From: Desulfosudaceae bacterium | GTDB lineage: Bacteria > Desulfobacterota > Desulfobacteria > Desulfobacterales > Desulfosudaceae | Length of the DNA: 64,000 nt | Reading direction: 5' to 3' | Assembly: GCA_963674745.2 (NCBI GenBank) | Contig: CAXXDV010000003.1 | Span: 2,432,001 to 2,496,000 of the forward strand | Shown: piece after piece, positions 1 to 10,854 of the stretch | Layout: each line of letters begins with the position of its first letter | How positions within the stretch are numbered: position 1 is the stretch's first letter | Made by a program: the position numbers and the translations under genes | The notes under the pieces: generated by a model | The model's database searches: none | Seen by the model: the letters and a program-made list of their open reading frames with translations, nothing else | What the model was told of the DNA's origin: nothing

Positions 1-2020
1 CCGCCGATCAGGGTGTCATTGCCGCTATTGCCGTCCAGCGTGTCGTTGCCGGCACCGCCATACAGCGTATCATCGCCGGTATACCCATAAATCGAATCAT
101 TGCCGCCAAGTCCGTCGATGACATCATCCTCATCATGATAACCGCGGATTTCATCGTCTCCCTCGGTCGCCGCCACGGACAGAAGCATTGTTTTGATTTC
201 GTCATAGGTCCAGGCCGTGCCGTCAGAAAAATGGATCTCTTCAACCCGATAGTCGGCGTCATTGTCAAATTCCTCGTTCACGGTAATCTGATCGGTTGTC
301 CCGTCTATAAAGATAATGAGATCGTCGACGTCCCGGCTCAGGAGTACGTCAGCCGGTAATATGCCGGCCGTAAACTCGATCACATCCGTGCCGTTGCCCG
401 AGGAGGTCTCGTTAATGAGGTCCTGGCCAAAGCCCGGATCAAACACGTAGGTGTCATTACCCGTCCGGCCGATCAGGGTATCATTATCAGCACCGCCGAT
501 CAGGGTATCATTGCCGCCATTGCCGTCCAGCGTGTCGTTGCCGGCACTGCCGTAAAGCGTATCATCGCCGGTATACCCATAAATCGTGTCATTGCCGCCA
601 AGTCCGTCTATGACATCATCCTGGTCGTTATATCCCTGGAGCAGGTCATCGCCCTCTGTTCCTGTCAGAGGCAGCCTGCTTTGCATATCATCCCGCGTCC
701 ATTCAGTGCCGCCTGCGAACCGGATCAGTTCGATATGATAGTCGGCGTCACTGTCAAAATTCTTGTACACGGTTATCTGATCGGTTGTCCCGTCTATAGA
801 GATAATGAGATCGTTTCCGTTCCTGATCAAGGAGACGTCAGCCGGTAAGATGCCGGCCGTAAACTCGATCACATCCGTGCCGTTGCCCGAGGAGGTCTCG
901 TTAATGAGGTCCTGGCCAAAGCCCGGATCAAACAGGTAGGTGTCATTACCCGTCCGGCCGATCAGGGTATCATTATCAGCACCGCCGATCAGGGTGTCAT
1001 TGCCGCTATTGCCGTCCAGCGTGTCGTTGCCGGCGCCGCCATACAGCGTATCATCGCCGGTATACCCATAAATCGAATCATTGCCGCCAAGTCCGTCGAT
1101 GACATCATCCTCATCATGATAACCGCGGATTTCATCGTTTCCTTCAGTCGCCGCCCCGGACAGAAGCATTGTTTTGACATCGTCATAGGTCCAGGCCGTG
1201 CCGTCAGAAAAATGGATCTCTTCAACCCGATAGTCGGCGTCATTGTCAAATTCCTCGTTCACGGTAATCTGATCGGTTGTCCCGTCTATAAAGATAATGA
1301 GATCGTCGACGTCCCGGCTCAGGAGTACGTCAGCCGGTAATATGCCGGCCGTAAACTCGATCACATCCGTGCCGTTGCCCGAGGAGGTCTCGTTAATGAG
1401 GTCCTGGCCAAAGCCCGAATCAAACAGGTAGGTGTCATTACCCGTCCGGCCGATCAGGGTATCATTATCAGCACCGCCGATCAGGATGTCATTGCCGCTA
1501 TTGCCGTCCAGCGTGTCGTTGCCGGCACCGCCGTAAAGCGTATCATCGCCGATATACCCATAAATCGTGTCATTGCCGCCAAGTCCGTCGATGACATCAT
1601 CCTCATCATGATAACCGCGGATTACATCGTTTCCTTCAGTCGCCGCCCCGGACAGAAGCATTGTTTTGACATCGTCATAGGTCCAGACCGTGCCGTCAGA
1701 AAAATGGATCTCTTCAACCCGATAGTCGGCGTCACTGTCAAATTCCTCGTTCACGGTAATCTGATCGGTTGTCCCGTCTATAAAGATAATGAGATCGTCG
1801 ACGTCCCGGCTCAGGAGCACGTCAGCCGGTAATATGCCGGCCGTAAACTCGATCACATCCGTGCCGTTGCCCGAGGAGGTCTCGTTAATGAGGTCCTGGT
1901 CAAAGCCCGGATCAAACACGTAGGTGTCATTACCCGTCCGGCCGATCAGGGTATCATTATCAGCACCGCCGATCAGGGTATCATTGCCGCCACTGCCGTC
2001 CAGCGTGTCGTTGCCGCCAA
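1..2020. repeat. Intragenic tandem repeat of ~490-bp units encoding RTX modules
   Basis: Anchor ccgccgatcagg recurs at 1, 493, 982, 1474 and 1966 (periods 492, 489, 492, 492, all multiples of 3). Three units are near-identical; unit 493-981 has a divergent middle. Confidence 0.95.
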
Positions 2021-5000
2021 GACCGATCATGACATTGTCGGTTGCGTCTCCGGTGAGCGCATCATCCCCCTCGCTGCCATACATTGCGCCTGCAATGACC
2101 GCACCATTGGCATAGTCGGTCAACGATTCTGTTCCGTCACTGATCGTTGCATAAATATACCAGATGCCATTCGATAACCCGGAGACATCCCATTCATATG
2201 TATCATCATCTCCATCCGGCTCTGCGGCAATGCCATTGACGATCAGCGTGCCGTCTTCGCCTGTGTTATCATCATCAAAATATAGAGCGATAAAGGCATT
2301 GTTGTCAGGATCAGAATCTTCCCATTGGATGGTGACCGTATCGCTTACATAAACGTCCTGTGACGGTTCCAGCAGTGTAATTCCAAGAGGACCGAGTAAT
2401 GATAAAACGTATTCTCTGGTCCAGGACGTACCTTCCGCGAATTGGATCTCCTCGACATGATAATTTGGTTCATCACCAAAGAATTCCGCGACGGTTATGG
2501 TATCTGTTCCCGACACTTCAATTAACAAGTGCGCACCGGAACGGGTCAAAACGATATCAGAAGGCAGTATACCGGCGGTAAACTCGATAATGTCCGTTCC
2601 ACCGCCATCCGCCGTCTCGCTGATACTGTCCTGACCAAAACCAGGGGCAAACAAATAGGTATCGTTATCCAGATTCCCCTGCATATAATCATTACCCGCA
2701 CCGCCGATCAGGGTATCGTCATTAACACCGCCATACATGAGATCATCGCCATCACCGCCATAGAGGGTATCGGCCCCCGCGTAGCCGACAATGGTATCAT
2801 TTCCGCCCAATCCGTAGATCACGTCGTCAACAGCATGCGTCCCGTCAAGGGTGTCATTGTTTTCCGTTCCGACAACCGTGCCGATGGTAACCGATCCGTC
2901 CGCGTACACGGTTAAAGATTCTGTTTCGTCACTGATAATTGCGTAAATGTACCAGGTTCCGCCCAAAAGGGCCGGATCGGAGATATCCCATTCATAAGCG
3001 TCTTCCGTGTCGCCGTCCGGATCTTCAAATATGTCTTCCAGATTGATCCGCGTTCCGTTCTCACCTGTATTATCGTCATCGTAATACAGCTCTATGGTGG
3101 CGTTACTGTCGCCGTCAGAATCTTCCCACTGGATGGTGAACGTGTCAGCCGCAAAAACATCATCGGCAGGTTCCGCCAATGTGATTTCAGGTGATGTGCC
3201 TACCCACGAATATTCTCTGACAAAAAACGGCGCGCCGTCCATCCACTCGCTGACTTCGCCGTCCGGATCTTCCGCCAGGGCCCGCCAGAAATAGCGGGTA
3301 TTATCGTCAAGGACTGAAGGAACAACAAAAGACGGCTGGGCGGAAGATCCTTCAAAAACCAGGTCTTCAAATTCGCTGTCCGAATACAGCTCAAAATAAT
3401 AACTTAAAACATCCCCATCCGGATCGATGGCGGGATTGACAGCCAGTTCCGGGGTAAGCGACTGGACCCAGGCGGTATGGCCCGGGTTGTTCAGGGTCGG
3501 TGTCTGGGGCGCCTGATTGATGGGATTGACCAGAAAATTGCCTGTCACCCAGGGGCTGTAAGCGGCCCCGTCAAAAGCACGTGCCCGCCAGAAATAAGTG
3601 GTGTTGCTGAACAGGCCGGTCACATACCAGGCGGTTGAGGCCGTGCCTTCGGAAATATCAGCGGCTGTTACCAGAGTTGAACTGTCAAACGTATTGACCG
3701 TATCGAGCTGGAAGTCGTAGACCAGGGTATTCCCTTCCGGGTCGACCGCGTTGGTAACGACAATATCCAGTTGATGAACAATAACCCTCGCACCGACAGC
3801 CGGGGCATCTATGGCCGGCGCGCTCGGCGCCTGGTTGGCGGTGGATACGGTAAAGGAACCGGTTGTTGATGTTTCCAGGCCATCGGGGTCGACCGCCACC
3901 GACTTCCAGTAATACGTGGTTTCATCGCTCAGATCCACGTCCACCGTCCAGGCGGTTGTACCATCGGTGCCGGTCAGGATATCCGATACCGAAGTCACCT
4001 GACTTGTCATTATGCTGTCCGAGTAAACCTCGAATCTGTACGTCAGGGCATCCTGATCAATATCACTGCTGTTGGTGACTTCTAATACCGGCGTCATGGT
4101 ATCCACATATGAGCCGACAACCGGGCGGCTGATGTTAAAAACGCCGGGCGCCTCGTTGGCCGTATCCACAAAAAACGTGCCGTATGTCCAGATACTGGAA
4201 GCAGCGTAGTCACAAGACCGGACCCGCCAGTAGTACAGGGTATTGTCGTCCAGAGGGACGGTAACGGGCCAGACCGTGGTGTCAACGCCTTCGGCCACAC
4301 CATGAGCGGCAGCAACCCGGTCGGTCAGCTGCAGGTCCGAGAAAACCTCAAAGTCATAGGTCAGGGTATCACCGTCCGGATCCGTACTGTTGTCGATTGT
4401 CAAAACAGGAGAAAAAACGGTCACGTCCTGCCCCTCGGCAGGTGATACAATGACCGGTGGCGACGGGCCATAGTCTTCCCTGGTGGGATCCGTTCCGTTT
4501 AAATATTCATCAAGATCTAGAATACCGTCACTATCAAAGTCCCCGGTGCCGTCCCGTTCCAGGCTATCATTGAAATATTCCTTTTCCCAGTCATCATCCA
4601 TGCCGTCGCCATCCGTATCGTTTATTGAACGGATTTCAACGGGTACGATCATAACAACCGTTGTGTGCCCGTCACTGGCGCGAAAAACAGGCGCGTAGTC
4701 ACCCGCCTGACCGATTGCGGGTGTCCAGTTGAAGGTCCCGGTACCATCACCGTTATCTATAAAATCAGCGCCTTCCGGAAGATTGGAGGCGGAGAGGGTC
4801 AACGTTTCACCTTCCGGATCGGTGGCGGTAACCGCAAATTCCAACAAATCCCCTTCCACACCTGTCTGCTCGTCTAATTCAACAAAATCCGGTGAGTCAT
4901 TAACAACCGGCGTATCAAACATAACGGTATAATCTCCGGTCGAATCGACATCAAAAAGATTGACGAAATAAGCCCATTCATTTTCAACTTTTTCCTTATA

Positions 5001-6323
5001 AAGCCAGATGTTATCAGACTTTATGCGTTTTCCGTCACTGCGGACCGCTTCTGTGATCATTTTGCCCTCTTCAAACGGATCCGGAACACTGACAAAAATA
5101 AATGGGGAAGAAGATGTAAACTGCAGTTTATAGGTTGCCTCGTCTCCTGAAGGATTGGTGAACGATACCGAGGCGTCGGATGAAAGATCGGTTACATCCG
5201 AATCCCAGATCCCGGCCACAGCTTCTGACTCACATACTTTTATAACCGAATAAGGTTCCTCAAAAGATTTAACCAGAAAATCCTTGCAACCATCCCGCCC
5301 GGGCAGATCAACCAGAACGTCCTTTTCCAGCGACATGGCTGTAATACCGTCGATAATAGACGTCACCTGACCGCCAAGCGCCTCCGCATGGGATACACTG
5401 GCGGTAAACTCGGTGAATTCGCCCATCAGACTGCTGATCATCAGCCAGCGACCGACAGCGGCCTCACCCGGCGCGATGTTTCCCAGGTCCACCATCAGAC
5501 TGTTATCCGTAACCGCTCCATTGACTTCCGTGCCGATTATGGAAAATGAGACCAGTAGATCTTGATCGTTGCTGACAATTTTCGGTTGAGCCGAATCGAT
5601 TTTCAGATTGTAGGCGGTATTATTGCCGGTATTCTTGACCCGTACGCCAAGCGTGAAAGGGATTGAAGGTTCAATTACAGGACTTTCCGGAGTGCCGGTA
5701 AAGGGGTCATCACCATAAACCTGTCTTGTTAAAAAGCTGTCCAGTGTGAGTTCCGGCAACGGTTTGACAAAAATCGAATCCGGCTTGACGTCAACAACAT
5801 GTTCTTCGCCGTTGGCACCCATTTTATAGGTCAGCTTGGCTCCGACAAAATAAAGTTTGCCTTCGGGATCATCACCGGCAGAACCTGGAACAGGAATAAT
5901 CAACCAGTGAAAATCAGAAGAAGTCGAAGCCGTGACAGGATCCAACGGCCATGAGCCTCCCGAAATGGATCCAACATTGTTCGAATCCCCGCGAATAAAG
6001 AAGCAGAATTCCGGATCATCCGGGTCTGTGGTCGCATTCGTATCTGTTGTCGCAACTACGGAGGCGCCTTCTTCATCCGTAAATAAAATTTCCACATTGA
6101 GGTTTTCCAGGTCTATATTTGACAGGCCGTTGTTAATACGCATATGCGCGTCAAAAGCCTGGCGTTCCAGGGTCAATTCCTGCCGGATCTCGATTTTAAC
6201 TTTAGCGCATTGAGAATCTTCGGAACCCGCAGCTTGAGTCGAAGTCACCCAAGCTATCATAAGGCAGAAAAAACCAATTAAAAGAACAAACAACTTCTGT
6301 TTCATATTATTGGTTGTGCTCAT
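1..6323 (-). CDS. Giant secreted Ca2+-binding surface/adhesin-like protein (>2100 aa, runs off the window edge): N-terminal signal peptide, Ig/FN3-like repeats, DxDGDG motif, RTX/hemolysin-type repeat modules
   Basis: Absent from the ORF track, consistent with no stop inside the window. Manual translation from ATG 6323 gives MSTTNNMKQKLFVLLIGFFCLMIAWVTSTQAAGSEDSQCAKVKIEIRQELTLERQAFDAHMRINNG. DTDGDGMDDDWEKEYF occurs near 4.6 kb. The same frame reads GGAGNDTLDGNSGNDTLIG at positions 3-59. Not every codon in between was checked. Confidence 0.88.
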   Translation of the reverse strand, partial: MSTTNNMKQKLFVLLIGFFCLMIAWVTSTQAAGSEDSQCAKVKIEIRQELTLERQAFDAHMRINNGLSNIDLENLNVEILFTDEEGASVVATTDTNATTDPDDPEFCFFIRGDSNNVGSISGGSWPLDPVTASTSSDFHWLIIPVPGSAGDDPEGKLYFVGAKLTYKMGANGEEHVVDVKPDSIFVKPLPELTLDSFLTRQVYGDDPFTGTPESPVIEPSIPFTLGVRVKNTGNNTAYNLKIDSAQPKIVSNDQDLLVSFSIIGTEVNGAVTDNSLMVDLGNIAPGEAAVGRWLMISSLMGEFTEFTASVSHAEALGGQVTSIIDGITAMSLEKDVLVDLPGRDGCKDFLVKSFEEPYSVIKVCESEAVAGIWDSDVTDLSSDASVSFTNPSGDEATYKLQFTSSSPFIFVSVPDPFEEGKMITEAVRSDGKRIKSDNIWLYKEKVENEWAYFVNLFDVDSTGDYTVMFDTPVVNDSPDFVELDEQTGVEGDLLEFAVTATDPEGETLTLSASNLPEGADFIDNGDGTGTFNWTPAIGQAGDYAPVFRASDGHTTVVMIVPVEIRSINDTDGDGMDDDWEKEYFNDSLERDGTGDFDSDGILDLDEYLNGTDPTREDYGPSPPVIVSPAEGQDVTVFSPVLTIDNSTDPDGDTLTYDFEVFSDLQLTDRVAAAHGVAEGVDTTVWPVTVPLDDNTLYYWRVRSCDYAASSIWTYGTFFVDTANEAPGVFNISRPVVGSYVDTMTPVLEVTNSSDIDQDALTYRFEVYSDSIMTSQVTSVSDILTGTDGTTAWTVDVDLSDETTYYWKSVAVDPDGLETSTTGSFTVSTANQAPSAPAIDAPAVGARVIVHQLDIVVTNAVDPEGNTLVYDFQLDTVNTFDSSTLVTAADISEGTASTAWYVTGLFSNTTYFWRARAFDGAAYSPWVTGNFLVNPINQAPQTPTLNNPGHTAWVQSLTPELAVNPAIDPDGDVLSYYFELYSDSEFEDLVFEGSSAQPSFVVPSVLDDNTRYFWRALAEDPDGEVSEWMDGAPFFVREYSWVGTSPEITLAEPADDVFAADTFTIQWEDSDGDSNATIELYYDDDNTGENGTRINLEDIFEDPDGDTEDAYEWDISDPALLGGTWYIYAIISDETESLTVYADGSVTIGTVVGTENNDTLDGTHAVDDVIYGLGGNDTIVGYAGADTLYGGDGDDLMYGGVNDDTLIGGAGNDYMQGNLDNDTYLFAPGFGQDSISETADGGGTDIIEFTAGILPSDIVLTRSGAHLLIEVSGTDTITVAEFFGDEPNYHVEEIQFAEGTSWTREYVLSLLGPLGITLLEPSQDVYVSDTVTIQWEDSDPDNNAFIALYFDDDNTGEDGTLIVNGIAAEPDGDDDTYEWDVSGLSNGIWYIYATISDGTESLTDYANGAVIAGAMYGSEGDDALTGDATDNVMIGLGGNDTLDGSGGNDTLIGGADNDTLIGRTGNDTYVFDPGFDQDLINETSSGNGTDVIEFTAGILPADVLLSRDVDDLIIFIDGTTDQITVNEEFDSDADYRVEEIHFSDGTVWTYDDVKTMLLSGAATEGNDVIRGYHDEDDVIDGLGGNDTIYGYIGDDTLYGGAGNDTLDGNSGNDILIGGADNDTLIGRTGNDTYLFDSGFGQDLINETSSGNGTDVIEFTAGILPADVLLSRDVDDLIIFIDGTTDQITVNEEFDNDADYRVEEIHFSDGTAWTYDDVKTMLLSGAATEGNDEIRGYHDEDDVIDGLGGNDSIYGYTGDDTLYGGAGNDTLDGNSGNDTLIGGADNDTLIGRTGNDTYLFDPGFGQDLINETSSGNGTDVIEFTAGILPADVSLIRNGNDLIISIDGTTDQITVYKNFDSDADYHIELIRFAGGTEWTRDDMQSRLPLTGTEGDDLLQGYNDQDDVIDGLGGNDTIYGYTGDDTLYGSAGNDTLDGNGGNDTLIGGADNDTLIGRTGNDTYVFDPGFGQDLINETSSGNGTDVIEFTAGILPADVLLSRDVDDLIIFIDGTTDQITVNEEFDNDADYRVEEIHFSDGTAWTYDEIKTMLLSVAATEGDDEIRGYHDEDDVIDGLGGNDSIYGYTGDDTLYGGAGNDTLDGNSGNDTLIG

Positions 6324-6412
6324 TCTTTCCCCCATTGTGGTGGTTTTGTAAAAGGCGGATCAGCCCTTTTATGACCGGATATTCCGGTTGTTTTATAATA
6401 CTAAAGCGTTGC

Positions 6413-7303
6413 TTATGAATTCATCTTAACGGTCACGCCTTCCCCCTGAACGCGGAACCGGTTATATCCCTGCATACTGTTTTGGCAGGTGTCGCTGATG
6501 ATTCTGAAAGCGACATAGTCGTCTGTTTTCTGCATAAAGACACGCGTCTGGGGATCTGCCAGAAGCCAGCGCCCCTGATGATAAAATTCAGCCCAGTTAT
6601 GAAAGTCGCCGGGCGCAAGAATTTTATTTCTCCCGCAAATATATCCGCCCATTCTCCGGCAGGGGATACCTGTTGCCCGGCACAGGGCGGTAAACAGGTC
6701 CATATGTTCGGTGCAATCTCCTGCCTTTCGGGTCAGGGCGTATAGCGCCCCACGTTCATTGCGGATATAACCGGAATTTTGAATATGACCGGCGACAAAA
6801 TTGTGTATGCCCTCGGCCGTATCAACCGCTTCTTTCTTTTTTAATGCCTGCGCCTTTTTAACAACCTCCGGCTGATCGGATTCCACATATTTTTCCGGAT
6901 TCAGGAATTCATCCTGGTTTTTGTTTTGATCAGGCAAACGGTTCTGTTGATTCGAAAGCATGAGATCGGTTTTAATGTTTATAATCCGGGTGGCATATGG
7001 TGGAAGCGTGTCAAATGAAAACCTAAGGATCTGGTTACCCAGAGAATCGATCTCCAGTTCATACGGAAGGGAGGCTTCAATGGCTTTACATAATTGGGTG
7101 CCGGTCTGTTTTACCGGAGCGTATACAAAAAGGCCGGCGTTTTTTATTAACCGGTTTGTCGTATTTTGAACCGTGAAACTGTATCTGATTTGTTTAGGCA
7201 CTGTATAAGAAACAACATTGCTTTTATGTTTAAAATACAGAACAGATCCAGCCGTTAGCACCAAGATCACAGCCAACGCAGACCATAGGGCTGTCTTTTT
7301 CAT
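6413..7303 (-). CDS. Transglutaminase-like (Transglut_core) protein with N-terminal membrane anchor
   Basis: GDCTEH, HNWAEFY and LADP fit a Cys-His-Asp triad. Hydrophobic N-terminus MKKTALWSALAVILVLTAG. ATG 7303 is preceded by GAGGGTGGGGG. Confidence 0.8.
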   Translation of the reverse strand: MKKTALWSALAVILVLTAGSVLYFKHKSNVVSYTVPKQIRYSFTVQNTTNRLIKNAGLFVYAPVKQTGTQLCKAIEASLPYELEIDSLGNQILRFSFDTLPPYATRIINIKTDLMLSNQQNRLPDQNKNQDEFLNPEKYVESDQPEVVKKAQALKKKEAVDTAEGIHNFVAGHIQNSGYIRNERGALYALTRKAGDCTEHMDLFTALCRATGIPCRRMGGYICGRNKILAPGDFHNWAEFYHQGRWLLADPQTRVFMQKTDDYVAFRIISDTCQNSMQGYNRFRVQGEGVTVKMNS

Positions 7304-7816
7304 TCCCCCACCCTCTAACCAGAACGCAAGTATACGCACAAGATATTGTAATATAGAACTTTTTTTCTCCCCCGAGAAAAATAGATGCGTTTAAGCAACT
7401 AAAGTATAGTTCAAATAATATTTTCAATACTAAGTCAAGAATTTTTTAATCCATTTACCTTGATTCTACTTGAACCGGTACTATTTTTATAAAATTCACC
7501 TTAAAAAACGAACCATTAGTCGAAAGATAAATTTATCGTAATTTTGGGGGATTTTGTACTTTTGGGGACGTACTTTTGGGGACGCCTTTAATATTTCTAT
7601 ATTTAGCCCTTGGCAATTCCTCTCTATTGTTACGTATAAAATGGTTATAGAACAATGCTATCTGAAAAAAAAATAATCACCAAATATAAGAATATAAATA
7701 TGGGGTGCCCATATTGTCTACATTTTGCCCAATTTGAATTTGCATAAACACTCTTCCTGCTATATTATTATTCAAAATTTAACCAGAATAGCCGCATAAA
7801 CACATAATAAAAGAAA

Positions 7817-8701
7817 ATGAACCTGTTAATTACCGGTGCCAACGGACAACTGGGAAAAGACTGCCGGACGGTGTTCGGCGGGGCTCATACCTTGACCTGC
7901 GTGGACATTGAAGAACTGGACATCACCCGCGCAGATGACGTGTCGGCCTTTGTCCGCAACATCAAGCCGGGGGTCATTATCAACTGCGCCGCATATACCC
8001 AGGTCGACCGGTGTGAGACAGAGCAGGAACCGGCCCGGGCCGTCAATGTGACCGGCGCCGAAAACCTGGCCGAAGGTGCTGCCGACTGCGGGGCGCTGAT
8101 GGTTCACATTTCAACCGATTATGTTTTTGACGGCCAGAAGGACTATCCGGAAACCTATACCGAAACCGATGCCACCGCCCCTCAGTCCGTCTATGGCCTC
8201 ACCAAGCTGGAGGGGGAGCAGGCCGTCATACGGTGCACGGACAATCACCTGATTCTCAGAACCGCCTGGCTTTACGGGTTTCACGGCCACAATTTCATCA
8301 AAGCCATTCTCAAAAAAGCTCTGGCCGATCCGGAAACGCCGTTTAAAGTCGTCAACGACCAGTTCGGAACACCCACCTGGAGCATGGCCCTGGCCCGCCA
8401 GATCGCCGAACTGATTGATCCGCCGGCCCGGGGGCTGTATCACGCATCGGCCGAAGGCGCCTGTACCTGGTATGCGTTCGCCCGGTATTTTCTGGAAAAG
8501 CTGCAGGTGCCCCACCGGATGGTCACCTGCACCACCGAAGAATATCCCACGCCGGCAAAGCGGCCCCATTGTGCCATTCTGGAGAACCGGCGGCTGGCGG
8601 CTGAAGGACGAAACCGGATGGCACACTGGCAATCGGCTCTGGACGAATATATAAATCAATACGGACCGGCCTTGCTGGATGAATGCCGGCCATCAAATTA
8701 A
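7817..8701 (+). CDS. rfbD: dTDP-4-dehydrorhamnose reductase
   Basis: GANGQLG, HISTDYVFDG, YGLTK, DQFGTPT. Confidence 0.95.
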   Translation: MNLLITGANGQLGKDCRTVFGGAHTLTCVDIEELDITRADDVSAFVRNIKPGVIINCAAYTQVDRCETEQEPARAVNVTGAENLAEGAADCGALMVHISTDYVFDGQKDYPETYTETDATAPQSVYGLTKLEGEQAVIRCTDNHLILRTAWLYGFHGHNFIKAILKKALADPETPFKVVNDQFGTPTWSMALARQIAELIDPPARGLYHASAEGACTWYAFARYFLEKLQVPHRMVTCTTEEYPTPAKRPHCAILENRRLAAEGRNRMAHWQSALDEYINQYGPALLDECRPSN

Positions 8702-8715
8702 ACAACGGAATGGAC

Positions 8716-9762
8716 ATGAATCTTTTAGTCACCGGTGGATGCGGCTTTATCGGCACCAACTTCATCCGTTATCTCTTTGACCGACCGGACTTTTCCGGCC
8801 GGATCGTCAATGTCGACCGCCTGACCTATGCCGGCAACCCGGAAAATCTTGACGGCATCGAAGAACAATATCCCGACCGTTATGTTTTCCGTCAGGCCGA
8901 CATCTGTGATATGAAAACGCTGACCCGGATATTCGATGACAACGATATTGACACGGTCTGTCATTTTGCGGCCGAATCCCATGTGGACCGGTCCATCGTG
9001 GCGCCGGACGATTTTATCCGGACCAACATCGTGGGCACCTTCAACCTGCTGGAGATCGCCAGGAACCGGAGCGAAAGACTCAACCGGTTCCATCACATCA
9101 GCACGGATGAAGTTTACGGCAGCCTGGGCAAGGACGGCCTTTTCACAGAGGCCACCGCCTACCAGCCCAACAGCCCCTATTCCGCCTCCAAGGCCGCCTC
9201 CGACCACCTGGTCCGGGCCTATCATGCCACCTACGGCCTGCCGGTCACCCTGTCCAACTGTTCCAACAATTACGGACCGTACCAGTTTCCGGAAAAACTG
9301 ATCCCGTTGATGATTCTAAACGCCCTGGAAGACAAACCCCTGCCGGTTTACGGGGACGGCAAAAACGTCCGGGACTGGCTGTATGTGGCAGATCACTGCA
9401 GCGCCATCTGGGAAATCATCTGCCATGGCCGGGAAGGCGAGACATACAACGTGGGCGGTAATTGCGAAATGGAAAACCTGTCCCTGGTGGAAAATATCTG
9501 TGATGCCATTGACGCCAAAACCGGACGGAAAGACGGCAAGTCCCGGCGGCAGCTGATTTCCTTTGTCAAGGACCGGCCCGGCCATGACCGGCGCTACGCC
9601 ATTGACGCTTCCAAAATCAAGAACGAACTGGGATGGGAGCCGGTAACACCGATTGCGCAGGGCATTGACATGGCCCTCGACTGGTACCTGAACAACCCGG
9701 TCTGGATCGAGCGTGTGAAAAGCGGCGATTACAGGCGTTGGATTGAAGCACACTATTCATAA
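8716..9762 (+). CDS. rfbB: dTDP-glucose 4,6-dehydratase
   Basis: TGGCGFIG, AAESHVDRSI, STDEVYG, PYSASKA, DRPGHDRRY. Start could also be 8710. Confidence 0.95.
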   Translation: MNLLVTGGCGFIGTNFIRYLFDRPDFSGRIVNVDRLTYAGNPENLDGIEEQYPDRYVFRQADICDMKTLTRIFDDNDIDTVCHFAAESHVDRSIVAPDDFIRTNIVGTFNLLEIARNRSERLNRFHHISTDEVYGSLGKDGLFTEATAYQPNSPYSASKAASDHLVRAYHATYGLPVTLSNCSNNYGPYQFPEKLIPLMILNALEDKPLPVYGDGKNVRDWLYVADHCSAIWEIICHGREGETYNVGGNCEMENLSLVENICDAIDAKTGRKDGKSRRQLISFVKDRPGHDRRYAIDASKIKNELGWEPVTPIAQGIDMALDWYLNNPVWIERVKSGDYRRWIEAHYS

Positions 9763-9768
9763 AAAATC

Positions 9769-9856
9769 ATGATTAAGTGTTTATGTGGTTATGTGGTTAA
9801 GTGATTAAGTGATTAAGTGATTAAGTGGTTATGTGGTTAAGTGATTATGTGATTAA
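9769..9856 (+). repeat. Intergenic octamer tandem array, 11 copies of approximately GTG(A/G)TTA(A/T)
   Basis: atgattaa gtgtttat gtggttat gtggttaa gtgattaa x3 gtggttat gtggttaa gtgattat gtgattaa. Confidence 0.95.
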
Positions 9857-9960
9857 GGTTTTCCTTAAAAAGGTCAGGGTGTCAATAAAAAGCACTTTGA
9901 CCGGAACTGTTGACTTTTGGATAATTCGGGCTTTCCCCAAAGCCCTCTTTAGAGGTTAAA

Positions 9961-10854
9961 ATGAAAGGTATAATATTGGCCGGCGGCTCCGGCACCCGGC
10001 TCTACCCCCTGACACGGGTCACCAGCAAGCAACTGCTGCCGGTCTACGACAAACCCATGATCTATTACCCCCTGTCCGTCCTCATGCTGAGCGGCATCCG
10101 GGACATCCTGATCATCTCCACCCCCCAGGACCTGCCCAATTTCAAGGCCCTGCTCGGGGACGGGTCCTGGCTGGGGCTTTCTTTGACCTATGCCGAACAA
10201 CCCCAACCCGAAGGCCTGGCCCAGGCGTTTATCATCGGCGCCCCGTTTATCGGCGATGATCCGGCCTGCCTGATTCTGGGGGACAACCTCTTTCACGGGC
10301 ACAGCCTGCCCGGCATCATCAAAAGGGCCAGTCAAACACCATCGGGTGGCGTGGTTTTCGGGTATCGCGTCAATGACCCGGAGCGTTACGGCGTAGTGGA
10401 ATTTGACGATCAGGGCAATGTCATCGGCATCGAGGAAAAACCGCAAGCGCCCAAATCCAAATACGCCGTGTCCGGTCTTTATGTTTATGACAACGCCGTC
10501 ATTGATATTGCCCGCGGGCTTAAACCTTCCGACCGCGGTGAACTGGAGATTACGGATGTAAACCTGGAATACCTTAAAAGGGGCGCCCTGAAAGTGGAAA
10601 TCCTCGGACGGGGTTTTGCCTGGATGGACATGGGCACCCATGAATCCATGCAGCAGGCAGCCGCATACGTGCGGGCGGTACAGAACCGGCAGGGATTCAA
10701 AATCGCCTGTATTGAAGAAATCGCCTATCGCCTGGGATATATCGACAGCAACCAGTTAAAACTGATCGCCTCGGAAATGGCTAAAAACGACTATGGCCAA
10801 TACCTTTACGAAATCGCTGAACTCACCCCCACGGAACTGGTCAAATGGCTTTAA
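9961..10854 (+). CDS. rfbA: Glucose-1-phosphate thymidylyltransferase
   Basis: [40 protein letters not shown]. Confidence 0.97.
   Translation: MKGIILAGGSGTRLYPLTRVTSKQLLPVYDKPMIYYPLSVLMLSGIRDILIISTPQDLPNFKALLGDGSWLGLSLTYAEQPQPEGLAQAFIIGAPFIGDDPACLILGDNLFHGHSLPGIIKRASQTPSGGVVFGYRVNDPERYGVVEFDDQGNVIGIEEKPQAPKSKYAVSGLYVYDNAVIDIARGLKPSDRGELEITDVNLEYLKRGALKVEILGRGFAWMDMGTHESMQQAAAYVRAVQNRQGFKIACIEEIAYRLGYIDSNQLKLIASEMAKNDYGQYLYEIAELTPTELVKWL

Noticed and set aside
8..6213. Many short ORFs in the track, including repeated 74-aa and 86-aa ORFs
   Set aside because: They are shadow frames of the giant minus-strand gene; their repetition just mirrors the 492-bp units.
7557..7584. 14-bp tandem duplication TACTTTTGGGGACG in the AT-rich divergent intergenic region
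   Set aside because: Only two copies and no further evidence of function.
9769..9856. Possible CRISPR array or iterons
   Set aside because: Contiguous 8-bp units with no spacers, and no cas or rep gene in the window.
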